Numbered from the stretch's first letter, positions 49,640 to 60,083 are shown. The stretch is DNA of 64,000 nt from a candidate division CPR3 bacterium GWF2_35_18 (GCA_001771135.1 MESW01000003.1:136719-200718); one strand, 5' to 3'. Notes: generated from the letters alone by a model not told the origin. Made by a program: numbers and translations.

Positions 49640-50523
49640 ATTAGAAATTCCTTAATCCTCGTTTTTAATTTCTCCTCTTGATTCGTAAACCAATGATCTG
49701 CTCCCGGAATAATATGAGTTTGAATATTTTTATTCAAATTTTCTAATCTTTTTAAACTTTCTTCCGCATTTCTCATATATTTATCATTATCTCCGGAAAT
49801 GATCAACGTGGGCAATTCTAATCCTCTTATGCGTTGAAAGTCAAATTGAGAGTCGTGAAAGTTAAAGTTATCAATGACACTTTCTGGTCCAAAACGATCA
49901 TAATAGGTTCCAGCTGAAATCATTTTCAAATAAGCATCACTGGGCATATACTCTTTTCCTTTGTTTTGCGCTATTAATTTCTTAGCCAGATTTAAATAAT
50001 GTTCCGCTTTATCTTGAACTTTTTCTTTCCATAATACAATGTTATTACTGGGAGAGATTAAGATTACTTTGGTAATTAACGTATTCTCTTTTTCGTCAAG
50101 ATAATAAAGAATTTTATGTGTCGCTAGACTAGATCCAACTATAACAATTTCCTCAAAACCCTTAGCTGCACAGAAACTAATCCAAGCTTCAAAATCAAAA
50201 ATACACTCTTTAATAATTTCAAAGCGCCCGTTAAAATCACCACCGCGGTTATTAACTGTTAAAAAAGCATAACCTTCAGATAAAGCTACGCTTTCTAAAT
50301 ACTGAATCGTATTTCCACGGTAAAAATTGCTATGAGCTCCATGCGTATAAAGAAAAACTTTTTTAGTTTCTTCATTCGGTTCATTATAAAATCCATGTAA
50401 AATCAGATTATCACTTGTTTTCACTCTTACCAAATGACCGTTACTAAAAAAAGGAACCACATGATATGTTTCTGATAATACTGCCCTTTCGTAATTTTTT
50501 TCTTGAAAGTTATTTATTTGCAT
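49636..50523 (-). CDS. Alpha/beta-hydrolase-fold protein
   Basis: Nucleophile elbow VIVGSSLAT and C-terminal GADHWF (His). Inserted between ftsW and murG. Confidence 0.5.
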   Translation of the reverse strand: MQINNFQEKNYERAVLSETYHVVPFFSNGHLVRVKTSDNLILHGFYNEPNEETKKVFLYTHGAHSNFYRGNTIQYLESVALSEGYAFLTVNNRGGDFNGRFEIIKECIFDFEAWISFCAAKGFEEIVIVGSSLATHKILYYLDEKENTLITKVILISPSNNIVLWKEKVQDKAEHYLNLAKKLIAQNKGKEYMPSDAYLKMISAGTYYDRFGPESVIDNFNFHDSQFDFQRIRGLELPTLIISGDNDKYMRNAEESLKRLENLNKNIQTHIIPGADHWFTNQEEKLKTRIKEFLI

Positions 50524-50526
50524 CTT

Positions 50527-51096
50527 TTAATCCAAAAGCAATTTAACCGCTTTGTATTTATCTCTAATTAGTCTCTGGGCAAAAGGTGTTAGTTTATTCC
50601 AACTCCGCTCTAGTTTTTCTTTGACAAACTCTTTTCCTGCAAATGGATCTAGCTTTTTTATCTCAAAAGCAAGATAAAATAATGAATAAAGAGAATCAAA
50701 ATGAGCCATTGCATCTCCATCTGCAACACATTGAGCCTCGATAGTTTCTCTTTTAATCTGTTTACTACCTCGATGTGCAAAAATACAGTGTTTTACTTTA
50801 TCAATCTCCTTTTGAGGATAATGAAAAAGTGAAAGAATTTCCTGAGCATACCGTTGTCCGTGAATGTGATGTTCTTTTATTTCTTTTGAGTTTGAAATGC
50901 TAGCAATATCATGTAAAAGTGCCGCAATTTCAACAATATCCACATCAGCATGTCTTTTTAAAGCTAGCATTTTGGCATATTTAATCACGGGTAAAAGATG
51001 GGTTTCCCAAACATCGGGACCAAAGGTGTTTGCAGGCTTTTTCGCCTGTTTCTGAACAATCGTATAAAGTTTCTGTATAATTTCTTTAGTTTGCAT
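50527..51096 (-). CDS. HD-domain phosphohydrolase
   Basis: H...HD motif (AALLHDIAS). Confidence 0.65.
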   Translation of the reverse strand: MQTKEIIQKLYTIVQKQAKKPANTFGPDVWETHLLPVIKYAKMLALKRHADVDIVEIAALLHDIASISNSKEIKEHHIHGQRYAQEILSLFHYPQKEIDKVKHCIFAHRGSKQIKRETIEAQCVADGDAMAHFDSLYSLFYLAFEIKKLDPFAGKEFVKEKLERSWNKLTPFAQRLIRDKYKAVKLLLD

Positions 51097-51108
51097 TTTT
51101 AGTTTTTG

Positions 51109-52320
51109 TTATCTTCTATTTCCCTGCTTACTGATATTCGTCAGAATTCCAACTCCAATCATAATTGAAAGTAAAGCTGAACCTCCATAAGAAATAAAAG
51201 GAAGTGGAATTCCGGTTAAAGGAAATATTGCAGTCATCGCTCCAATATTAACAATTACTTGTAAGGTAATCCAAAAAATAATTCCTGCCGAAAGAAGCTT
51301 CCCAAATTCATCTGGAGCATTTTCTATGATCTTCCATCCTCGCCAAAATAGAAAAGCAAATATCAGAATTACTATAACTGTCCCAATAAAACCAAATTCT
51401 TCTCCAATGATAGCAAAAATTGAATCGGCATAAACCTCAGGAATATATTGATATTTCTGTCGCGAAGATCCCAAACCCAAACCAGTAAGACCTCCAGAAC
51501 CTAAAGCAATGAGTACTTGATTAATATGATAAGAAATCCCTCCCGGATCAGTAGAAGGATCAAGAAAAGCAAGAAGCCTGGCTTTACGATAGGGAGAAAG
51601 TACAATAAGACCAACACCCGCAAGGAGTAAGAAAGGAATCGATAAGATAAATTGCCATATCTGTGATCCAGAAAGGAAATAAACTAACAAACTGCTCCCA
51701 AAAATAATTACGGTCGTTCCCAAATCAGGTTCAAGAAGAAGCAAAATAGCTACAATTCCGATCATAAAAAGAAACGGGAGAAAAATCTCAAAAGAATGGC
51801 TTTTAATTTTTGATTTTGTCTTTTTGGTTAACCAAGTAGCAAAATATATAATGACGGATATCTTTGTAAACTCCGAAGGCTGAATCCCAAAAATCCAACG
51901 TTTAGCTCCATAAATTTCGGTTCCAACACCCGGAATAAGAACTAGGATTAAAAGGACTATTGTACCAATCATGATTGGTACGGCCAAACTCTCAAAGATA
52001 TGATAGTCGATTTTTTGGAAAATGTAGAAAAGTATTAGACCTACTCCTATCCACATTGCTTGATATTTGAGAAAACGAAATCCGTCACCAAAATCATAAA
52101 AAGCCTTCACTGCCGATGCGTCATAGACCATAAATAAACCGAAGGCAAGCAAAATAAAAACTGTCACCAGAAATGGGAAGTCAGGTCGTCCGTAATTTAT
52201 ATTTGAATTACCTCGGCTACTAGAAAATAAGGTTTTAAAACTTGAAGACCAACTTCTTTTTTTTGGCCTTAGAGTCGTTGGATATTTTTTATGGTTAACC
52301 GTTCCTCTTAATTTCCTCAT
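51109..52320 (-). CDS. ftsW: SEDS-family cell division protein FtsW
   Basis: 10-TM SEDS protein located between murD and murG. Confidence 0.8.
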   Translation of the reverse strand: MRKLRGTVNHKKYPTTLRPKKRSWSSSFKTLFSSSRGNSNINYGRPDFPFLVTVFILLAFGLFMVYDASAVKAFYDFGDGFRFLKYQAMWIGVGLILFYIFQKIDYHIFESLAVPIMIGTIVLLILVLIPGVGTEIYGAKRWIFGIQPSEFTKISVIIYFATWLTKKTKSKIKSHSFEIFLPFLFMIGIVAILLLLEPDLGTTVIIFGSSLLVYFLSGSQIWQFILSIPFLLLAGVGLIVLSPYRKARLLAFLDPSTDPGGISYHINQVLIALGSGGLTGLGLGSSRQKYQYIPEVYADSIFAIIGEEFGFIGTVIVILIFAFLFWRGWKIIENAPDEFGKLLSAGIIFWITLQVIVNIGAMTAIFPLTGIPLPFISYGGSALLSIMIGVGILTNISKQGNRR

Positions 52321-52369
52321 ATATTATACCCATTCAATTTCTCATTTGAATTTAAGGTGTTGTTAAATG

Positions 52370-52418
52370 GGTAATACTCATCTACTTTTGTTGCAAGTTC
52401 AAGGAAGATGAGTATATT
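52370..52418. repeat. About 48-nt hairpin-forming intergenic repeat, copy B
   Basis: GGTAATACTCATCTA-N18-GGAAGATGAGTATAT with a perfect 10-bp inverted repeat. Same element as 28823-28870. Confidence 0.6.
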
Positions 52419-52953
52419 ACTCTTTAACATACAAAAATACTTTTTCTTTTTCAAATTTTTTCCTCTCTTTCCAATTCAAGAAAGGAAATCTGTAGGTGAT
52501 AACTTGTGCTCCTTTTTTTAATTTTTTTTGAAGCATCTGCTCTATCTGCGCAATTTTTTCGGGAAAAAGATAAAGATACAAAATATCCGCTTCAGAAAAT
52601 GGAGCTTGCATAAAATTCTCTCTTTTTACAGTTACTTTATCATTCAAACCGTGTAATAACACATTGATTTTGGAAATAAAAAACCAAAAAGGATTCAATT
52701 CATAACCTATTGCCAGAGCCCCTTTTTTTGCCGCTTCGAGGAGAACTCTACCATCACCGGAACCCAAATCAAAAAAAACTGATCCTTCCTTTATATCTGT
52801 ATAATCTAATACCTTTTTAATAACGCCATAATTACTTGGAACAAAAGGAGCGCCAAAAAAGTATGCTCTAAATGAAAAAAACACAAATAATAAGACTAGG
52901 AATAAAATTGAAAATAGCAGAATTAAACCAATTGTATTCAACACAAAAATCAC
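52417..52953 (-). CDS. Membrane-anchored class I SAM-dependent methyltransferase
   Basis: N-terminal TM segment followed by motif I DLGSGDGRVL. GTG start. Confidence 0.55.
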   Translation of the reverse strand: MIFVLNTIGLILLFSILFLVLLFVFFSFRAYFFGAPFVPSNYGVIKKVLDYTDIKEGSVFFDLGSGDGRVLLEAAKKGALAIGYELNPFWFFISKINVLLHGLNDKVTVKRENFMQAPFSEADILYLYLFPEKIAQIEQMLQKKLKKGAQVITYRFPFLNWKERKKFEKEKVFLYVKE

Positions 52954-54368
52954 TCCAAAATTAAATTAATTCCCTTTTTAAATAGATCTCCTCGTTGACG
53001 ATAATTTTCGTACATGTCAAAACTCGCACATGCAGGAGAAAGAAGAATAACATCACCTTTTTCTGAAAAACTAATACAATCTGAAATAATTTTACTCATT
53101 TCAGGATAACCTGCTCTAATAATTCTGAAGGAACGATTTAGCTTTTCCTTCTTTTGGGCAGATAAAATTGAGGCTTCAATTTTATCTGCCATATCCCCAA
53201 TTAGATAAGCTACTTTTACCGTCGAGTTTATTATCTTCTCCCCTAATTTGGTATAATCCTGACCCTTATCGCTCCCACCTAAAATAACTATTAAAGGTTC
53301 ATCAAAGGCATCAATAGCAGCAATAACTGGTTCGGGATTTGTAGCCGCCGAATCGTCGTAGTAGGAGACATCGGAAACTTGATTCACAAATTCTAAACGA
53401 TGCTCATATCCCATAAATTCAAAGAGACCTTTTCTTAATGATTTTGTCGCACAATCTAATAAACTACAAACAGATAGGGCAGCACATATATTTTCAAGAT
53501 GATGCCGACCACGCAGTTTTACCTCATTAATATCTCCAATCTCCGTAACTTTTTCATTCTTTACTTTCAATTTTGTTCCAGAAACAAACGCTCCCCTTGC
53601 TACCTCCCCCATTATGCTATAAAAATACTGCTGTCCCTTACTAACTTCTCCAATTGTTTTTGATAACTGATCATTTTCTTTAGTAACGATAAAATCATTT
53701 TTATTCTGGGATTTCACAAGCTGTTTTTTCGCCTCTAGATAATCTTTCATACTTTTGTGGTAATTGGGAGCTTTCGCGCTTTCAGGAGCAAGATGATCTG
53801 GTGCAATTCCCAGAATCACAGCAATATATGGGCTTTTTTCAAAGTCCTCAAGCTGAAAAGAGGATAACTCTAAAACAACGTAAGACTTAACTTTCACCTT
53901 CTCTAAAAAATCCAGCGGCGGAACGCCAATATTTCCTCCCACAAAAACTTCCTTTTTATCAGCTTTTAAAACTGATTCAATTAATTTACAGGTTGTTCCT
54001 TTTCCTTTAGTTCCGGTAACCCCAATAATATTTTTTGTTGGCACAAGCTCCATAAAAAGCTTAACACTGCTTGAAATCTTAATCCCTTTTTGTTTTGCCT
54101 TCACAATTTCCGGTAAAAACAAGGGAACTCCCGGAGCACGTAGAATAAATGTAAATTCGAATAAATGCTTCAAGTGATCTTTTCCTAAAAAATATGGCAT
54201 TTTCCATTTCGTGATATAGTCAAAATTTTTACCTAACTCCTTTTGTGACTGTTGTTCTAGTATTGAGAAGGGAATTTTATGCCGAAAAAGAAATTCTCCA
54301 CTAGAAATTCCTTCCTTAGAAAGACCTAAAATGGCTATCTTTTCTTTTTTTAATTCATTTATTGTCAT
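52950..54368 (-). CDS. murD: UDP-N-acetylmuramoylalanine--D-glutamate ligase MurD
   Basis: Mur ligase P-loop GVTGTKGKGTT. Position between mraY and ftsW. Confidence 0.85.
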   Translation of the reverse strand: MTINELKKEKIAILGLSKEGISSGEFLFRHKIPFSILEQQSQKELGKNFDYITKWKMPYFLGKDHLKHLFEFTFILRAPGVPLFLPEIVKAKQKGIKISSSVKLFMELVPTKNIIGVTGTKGKGTTCKLIESVLKADKKEVFVGGNIGVPPLDFLEKVKVKSYVVLELSSFQLEDFEKSPYIAVILGIAPDHLAPESAKAPNYHKSMKDYLEAKKQLVKSQNKNDFIVTKENDQLSKTIGEVSKGQQYFYSIMGEVARGAFVSGTKLKVKNEKVTEIGDINEVKLRGRHHLENICAALSVCSLLDCATKSLRKGLFEFMGYEHRLEFVNQVSDVSYYDDSAATNPEPVIAAIDAFDEPLIVILGGSDKGQDYTKLGEKIINSTVKVAYLIGDMADKIEASILSAQKKEKLNRSFRIIRAGYPEMSKIISDCISFSEKGDVILLSPACASFDMYENYRQRGDLFKKGINLILE

Positions 54369-54469
54369 AGTTAATTTTTTATTCTGATCAAAACTGAAGC
54401 TAGATCAGAAGACGGATAATACCAAATCCCGCCTGCACTTGCCTAATACAAGAGCATTTAACAAGCAGG

Positions 54470-55279
54470 TTAATCGGTAGGAAACGTCATTTTTTTAACC
54501 TTTGCGTTTAAAATATAAATAAAATTTTGAATCGATCTATTTAATCTTTCAATGTTTGCTGTTGTATAAAAAGTATAATCAGGTTTTTGATTTTCAGCAA
54601 GTAAACCTTTATTTTCTAAAACTCTTTGAGTATGTCTCGCGACGGCTCCTCCAGAATCCAAAATCTGCACCCTTGCTCCAAAGATATCCTGAATTTGATT
54701 TCGAATTAAAGGAAAGTGTGTACAACCCAAAACAACCGTATCAATATTCTGATTTAAAAACGGAGTTAAGAGAAAATCCAACTCTTTCTCTATTTTTTTC
54801 TGTTTTAATTCTCCATTTTCTATCATCTTTACTAACTGACCCTCCCAATCTCCAAGCTTAAAAAACTTTATTCCCTTCCCAAACTTATTTATTAGAACAT
54901 TAAGGTAAGGATTCTCAATCGTACTTTGAGTCGCCAAAATAAGAACTTTTTTTGTAACTGTTTTTCCCCCGGCAGTTTTTATAACAGGCACTACTCCAAT
55001 AATCGGAACTTTGGGAAATTTTTCACGATAATAATCAATTCCGACCGTTGTGGCGGTGTTACAAGCAATCACAACTAATTTCACCTTCTGCTTTTCAAAA
55101 AATGACAACGCAGAAAGAACCCTTTTTCTGATCTGTGATTGGCTTTTTGTCCCGTAGGGACAAAAAGCCTGATCTGCAAAATAGATCAAATTTTCAAAAG
55201 GTAACAACTTTTTAATTTCCTGAAAAACGGAAAGACCACCTATTCCGGAATCAAAGATTCCAATAGCTTGATTATTCAT
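54470..55279 (-). CDS. murI: Glutamate racemase
   Basis: IGIFDSGIGGLSV...CNTAT...GCTHFP catalytic Cys motifs. Confidence 0.88.
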   Translation of the reverse strand: MNNQAIGIFDSGIGGLSVFQEIKKLLPFENLIYFADQAFCPYGTKSQSQIRKRVLSALSFFEKQKVKLVVIACNTATTVGIDYYREKFPKVPIIGVVPVIKTAGGKTVTKKVLILATQSTIENPYLNVLINKFGKGIKFFKLGDWEGQLVKMIENGELKQKKIEKELDFLLTPFLNQNIDTVVLGCTHFPLIRNQIQDIFGARVQILDSGGAVARHTQRVLENKGLLAENQKPDYTFYTTANIERLNRSIQNFIYILNAKVKKMTFPTD

Positions 55280-55290
55280 ATAAATGCCTA

Positions 55291-56319
55291 TTAAAACTTT
55301 AAACTGGGAAGTAAAGCTAAAAAGATCCCGATAAATGCCAATACTCCACCAAGCAACCAGAAACGCATGGTAACCTTTGTTTCATCCCATCCTTTAGCTT
55401 CAAAGTGGTGATGAATCGGAGCACATTCAAAAACCTTCTTTCGAAAGTAAGCCTTTGAAAACCATTGAATGAGACTCGATAATGCTTCTATCACAAATAC
55501 TCCTCCAATAAAAATGAGCGGGACAAATTGATCCAAAATTAGCGCGATCACAACAAGCAAAGCTCCAAAGGACATCGCCCCAGTGTCTCCCAACCACACT
55601 CTAGCCGGATAAATATTAAAATAAAGAAAGGCCAAAAGAGATCCTAGTAACGTAGTAATAAAAACTGCAATATCACCATAACCAAATAAAGTATTCAAAT
55701 GCCAAAACGCAGCTAAAGTAATAATCAGTAACCCCACGGCAAGGCCATCAAGACCATCTGTAATATTGTACGCATTCGTCATAAAAGTGATAACCATCAT
55801 TGAAAATGGAATAAATGAGAATCCTAGATTAAGAAAATAACTACTTCCAATGAGAGGAATAGAGAATCCCGTAATATTTAAAGTAAAATAGAGATAATAG
55901 CTAATGAGAAATGAAAGAGCTAGTTGAATAATTAACTTATATCGCACTTGTAAACCCCAAAAACCAGTTTTTTTCCAGCCAAAAATCTTCTGGATATCGT
56001 CATAAAAACCCAAAAATCCAAAAGAGATCACGGTGAAAAAAAGAATTGTCGAAGTATTGTTGGGAGAAAAAGAGGTAAATAAATAAAAAGCCACAGATAA
56101 AAGCAAAACCGCTGCAATTACGAGGATACCACCTCCGGTAGGAGTTCCTTTTTTCCATCCGTGCAAACGCCAAAATATCGGCATATCCTTATCAAAGATA
56201 TCTTTAGGCTTTTCATCTTGACGTTGAAACTTTAAACGGTATAAAAGATTGATAAATGGTAGAGCCAAAATTAAAGTAAACAAAAAAGATAGAATTAAAA
56301 TTCCAAAAAGTTTCACCAT
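55291..56319 (-). CDS. mraY: Phospho-MurNAc-pentapeptide translocase MraY
   Basis: Polytopic protein with the DGLDGLA motif. Confidence 0.88.
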   Translation of the reverse strand: MVKLFGILILSFLFTLILALPFINLLYRLKFQRQDEKPKDIFDKDMPIFWRLHGWKKGTPTGGGILVIAAVLLLSVAFYLFTSFSPNNTSTILFFTVISFGFLGFYDDIQKIFGWKKTGFWGLQVRYKLIIQLALSFLISYYLYFTLNITGFSIPLIGSSYFLNLGFSFIPFSMMVITFMTNAYNITDGLDGLAVGLLIITLAAFWHLNTLFGYGDIAVFITTLLGSLLAFLYFNIYPARVWLGDTGAMSFGALLVVIALILDQFVPLIFIGGVFVIEALSSLIQWFSKAYFRKKVFECAPIHHHFEAKGWDETKVTMRFWLLGGVLAFIGIFLALLPSLKF

Positions 56320-56551
56320 GTTTAATTACCTCATTAAATTTACATTATTCTATTTAGTCTGATAGAATTAGTTAACGATAGATCAATTACAGCCTCATTC
56401 ACTTTCTAAATTCAAGGTTTAACTGATTTATCGCAGAGATATACTTTTTGATTAATTTACAAAAATAGTATGCCTCTAATTGTATAACATTAGCTTAAAA
56501 ATGACAAAATACCGATTTTAGACTTTTGAAGTAATATTATTAATTAAAAAA

Positions 56552-57310
56552 ATGTTCGCAACTATTGATAATCTAAAAATATTTTATGAAATTTCCGGTC
56601 AAGGAAATCCAATAATTCTACTACATGGATGGGGTGGAAATCACAACTCTTTCTTCCCGATAACAGAAGTCCTTCGAGAAAATTTCCAAGTTATCACACT
56701 TGACCTTCCCGGCTTTGGTGAAAGTGAAGCAAGTAAGCTGATCTGGGGAATTAAAGAGTATGCAAAATTCCTCTCCGAGTTTATCAGCAAGATTAAAATA
56801 AAAGATCCCGTTTTGATCGGACATTCATTCGGAGGAACTATCGCAGCTGCTTTTGCCAATAAGAAAGATCTAAAACCTAAAAAACTTGTCCTTGTTGACG
56901 CTAAACTTGTTAAACCAAATAATAACTTCAAAAAGGTATTATTCCAGATTACCGCCAAAACAGGTAAAGTCATGACCTCATTTTTGAACAAAAACCTCCA
57001 GCAAAAAATTCGGTCACAATTCTATAATCAAGTTGGGGAACATGATTACGAAAACTTAGATGGCGTTATGAAAAAAAATTTTATTGAAATAATTAGTCAC
57101 GACTACCAAGAAACTCTATCCAAAATTCAAGCAAAAACATTAATTATCTGGGGAGATAAGGATCTTGATACCCCCTTATCTGATGCTTATATAATTAAGA
57201 AGTTAATTCCTGATTCAAAACTTATCATTATACCTGGCACTCATTTTGCCTATTTGGAGGAGCCTAAAGAATTTTGTAAAATAGTTACTAAATTTATCAA
57301 GGAAAAGTAA
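56552..57310 (+). CDS. Alpha/beta hydrolase (MhpC-like)
   Basis: HGWGG oxyanion motif and GHSFGG nucleophile elbow. Confidence 0.75.
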   Translation: MFATIDNLKIFYEISGQGNPIILLHGWGGNHNSFFPITEVLRENFQVITLDLPGFGESEASKLIWGIKEYAKFLSEFISKIKIKDPVLIGHSFGGTIAAAFANKKDLKPKKLVLVDAKLVKPNNNFKKVLFQITAKTGKVMTSFLNKNLQQKIRSQFYNQVGEHDYENLDGVMKKNFIEIISHDYQETLSKIQAKTLIIWGDKDLDTPLSDAYIIKKLIPDSKLIIIPGTHFAYLEEPKEFCKIVTKFIKEK

Positions 57311-57323
57311 GTTAATAAAATTT

Positions 57324-58796
57324 ATGAAAAAAATATTTAATATCCTCTTTCCTATTTTTGATTGGCTTTATATCTTACAAACCCTAGAATATAGCTCTGG
57401 AAACTTCGGAAGATGGATTATAAAAAATCTGTTAAAAAGAGATCTTCAAAAGAAGAAATCACTCATTTTTACTCCAAAAATAATTGTGATCCTTTTACTC
57501 AGTCTTTTTATGATGTTATTAAACTTGTCCCTTGCAATTGCGGTTTTCTCTCTGTTTTTTCACCCCAATACTCTTATCATAGCCATTCAGCTGCTTATTT
57601 TTATACAGATATTTTTCATCTACGTGTGGGCAAGTAATTATTTATTAGATCCGTTAAATGATCTTATTAAAACCTATTATGTCAGCAAGGCTTCCACAAA
57701 ATTGGATCATCATCAGAAATTAATCGTTATTGGAGTCACAGGTTCTTACGGAAAAACTTCGACAAAAGAAATACTTCATCAAATACTTTCAACTAAATAT
57801 AAAGTTTTAAAAACTCCATCTTCATACAATACCGCCGTTGGAGTAGCTAATGTAGTCCTCAAAGAATTGAAAAATGATCACGAAATTTTCATTGTAGAAA
57901 TGGGTGCTTATAAAAAAGGTGAAATCAAAAAAATCTGTGAGCTAACAAAGCCACACATCGGAATAATTACTGGTCTTAATGAACAACATCTGGATCGATT
58001 TAAAACAATTGAAAACACATTAAAAGCTAAAACTGAACTCATAGAAGCTTTACCTTCAAACAGCGTGATTGCCCTAAATTTTGATAATTCGTATCTTCGT
58101 TATTACTATAACCAAAATCTGAGAAATCAGAAAAAGTTAAAAGTAATTCCTTACGCCGTAAATGAGCAGGTTTCATGGAAAGCCGAAAATATCAAAGTAA
58201 AAATAGTAGCTGATGAGATTATAACTTCATTCGAATTAAAAATTGGAGAAAAACAGCTGAAAGTTGAGACTAAACTTCTGGGTAAACACAATATTTTGAA
58301 CATCATGGGGGCTCTTGCAATTGCCAAACAGCTCAAGATTAATCCTACTGATTTCAAAAATATTGTACAAAAATTAGAAGCTAGCGAACATCGGTTACAA
58401 CTTGTTCCTACCAATAATGGAATTATGGTAATTGATGATGCTTATTCAGCCAATCCCAGTGGTTTCGAAGCGGCTTTAGATTTTTTATCGGAACTTAATG
58501 ATAAACGTAAGATTATTGTCACCCCTGGAATTGTAGAACTGGGAAATAAAGAATTTGAAATTCATAATAAACTGGGAGAAAAAATGGGAAATATCTGTGA
58601 TTATGCCATCTTAATTGGAAAACAAAGTGGAAATAACAGAATTAGAGGGCTTTTAGCTGGGATTGAAAAATCAAAATTCAATAAAGAAAATCTTTTTACA
58701 GTAGATTCTTTAAAAGAAGCTCAGGAAAAGATTACAAAAATAGTCAAAATTGGAGATGTGATTCTTTTTGAAAACGATCTTCCGGACCAGTACTAG
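57324..58796 (+). CDS. murF: Mur ligase, MurF-like, with an N-terminal membrane anchor replacing the usual N-domain
   Basis: About 110 hydrophobic residues, then GVTGSYGKTSTKE P-loop. C-terminus DDAYSANPSGFEAALDFL...GIVELG is typical of MurF. Confidence 0.65.
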   Translation: MKKIFNILFPIFDWLYILQTLEYSSGNFGRWIIKNLLKRDLQKKKSLIFTPKIIVILLLSLFMMLLNLSLAIAVFSLFFHPNTLIIAIQLLIFIQIFFIYVWASNYLLDPLNDLIKTYYVSKASTKLDHHQKLIVIGVTGSYGKTSTKEILHQILSTKYKVLKTPSSYNTAVGVANVVLKELKNDHEIFIVEMGAYKKGEIKKICELTKPHIGIITGLNEQHLDRFKTIENTLKAKTELIEALPSNSVIALNFDNSYLRYYYNQNLRNQKKLKVIPYAVNEQVSWKAENIKVKIVADEIITSFELKIGEKQLKVETKLLGKHNILNIMGALAIAKQLKINPTDFKNIVQKLEASEHRLQLVPTNNGIMVIDDAYSANPSGFEAALDFLSELNDKRKIIVTPGIVELGNKEFEIHNKLGEKMGNICDYAILIGKQSGNNRIRGLLAGIEKSKFNKENLFTVDSLKEAQEKITKIVKIGDVILFENDLPDQY

Positions 58797-58799
58797 ATT

Positions 58800-60083
58800 T
58801 TATTTCATAAGCTCCAAATTAGGTGGAGTTGCTAAAAGAGCAACTTCTTCTAGATTATTTACCACACTATTAGTCTTTACAAATTTTAAGAAACTAACCA
58901 TTTGACTTTCATATTCTTCATTTTGTTTATTTTTCCTATAAAAATTTAATTTCTTCATGTATTCTGTGTATTCTTTATGATTATTTGGAGTACTTACAAA
59001 AAGTGGCATCCCAGCTCTTTGTTGTAAACCATTTAATAAAATTCTTCCTAATCTTCCGTTTCCATCAACAAATGGATGTGTGATTTCAAAATCAAGATGC
59101 CATTCTAAAAATGATCTCAATGATTCATCAGTATTTTGATTAAGGAATTGATCTGATAGGTCATTCCATCTTTCAATGAGACCATCAACTCGAGAGAGAA
59201 CTTCTCCAGAAGATACTGATTCAAAAATATCAGGATCAAAATTACCAATTCTCATATTTTGCCTAAATGTCCCCCGATATTCATCTGATACTTGATGTTC
59301 AAGTAATAAATTATGTAGGGAATAAATCACATTCCGATCTAACCGTTCCGTAGAATTCACGAACTCATGAAAATAAATAGCTGCGTTATCAAAATCGTGA
59401 TTTTCTATCACTTCTATTTCACTCAAATTTGAACCATAATGAAGATTTCGCCACAAATTTTCTAAGGTAAAATAATTACCGCTATAATTAAAATCGGCTA
59501 TTGCTTTATAATAAATATCTTCGGAAAAATGAGATTCTCCACCTTCTTGATAAATAGGTGTATTTACCCTATCATGCTTATATAAGGCTCTTTGCATCAA
59601 AGCTCCCAAAACTTCCAAATCAGCTCGAAGATATTGTTTTTCACCTTCTTGATATGTTGATTCATCATTTATCCTAGCCGTAATTTTTGGTTTTAAATTT
59701 TCAAAAATATCCAAAACTTGATTGCACATCTCTGTATTTTTTGCTTCATCCAACAATATATAAGGGTGACCTTCTCCCCAAAGTGGAATCCCTTCTGTCA
59801 TCGCTAATAAAAATAACATGTCTGGATCATGGGAAAATGGATCTAAAAAAGGCTCTAAATTCTCAGAAATATGATCTTTATTTACATAACGGATAGTATC
59901 TTTAGAAAAATATTTAGAATCAGATGGACTAAACCAAGATCTTATTCCCATCATTACGTTTATTCCATTCGTAACTTGCTTAACCATTCTCTCTTTAGGA
60001 TCGAAAGGAGGGTTTTTGAGAAAGTTAATTTTCTCAAGCGAACTATTTAATTCAGGATTTGTTCTATTTGGAAATAATACCAT
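58800..60083 (-). CDS. Fic-domain protein (putative AMP transferase)
   Basis: Canonical Fic motif HPFVDGNGRLGR. A candidate inhibitory motif STYQEG (S-x3-E-G) lies about 200 residues upstream. Confidence 0.8.
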   Translation of the reverse strand: MVLFPNRTNPELNSSLEKINFLKNPPFDPKERMVKQVTNGINVMMGIRSWFSPSDSKYFSKDTIRYVNKDHISENLEPFLDPFSHDPDMLFLLAMTEGIPLWGEGHPYILLDEAKNTEMCNQVLDIFENLKPKITARINDESTYQEGEKQYLRADLEVLGALMQRALYKHDRVNTPIYQEGGESHFSEDIYYKAIADFNYSGNYFTLENLWRNLHYGSNLSEIEVIENHDFDNAAIYFHEFVNSTERLDRNVIYSLHNLLLEHQVSDEYRGTFRQNMRIGNFDPDIFESVSSGEVLSRVDGLIERWNDLSDQFLNQNTDESLRSFLEWHLDFEITHPFVDGNGRLGRILLNGLQQRAGMPLFVSTPNNHKEYTEYMKKLNFYRKNKQNEEYESQMVSFLKFVKTNSVVNNLEEVALLATPPNLELMK

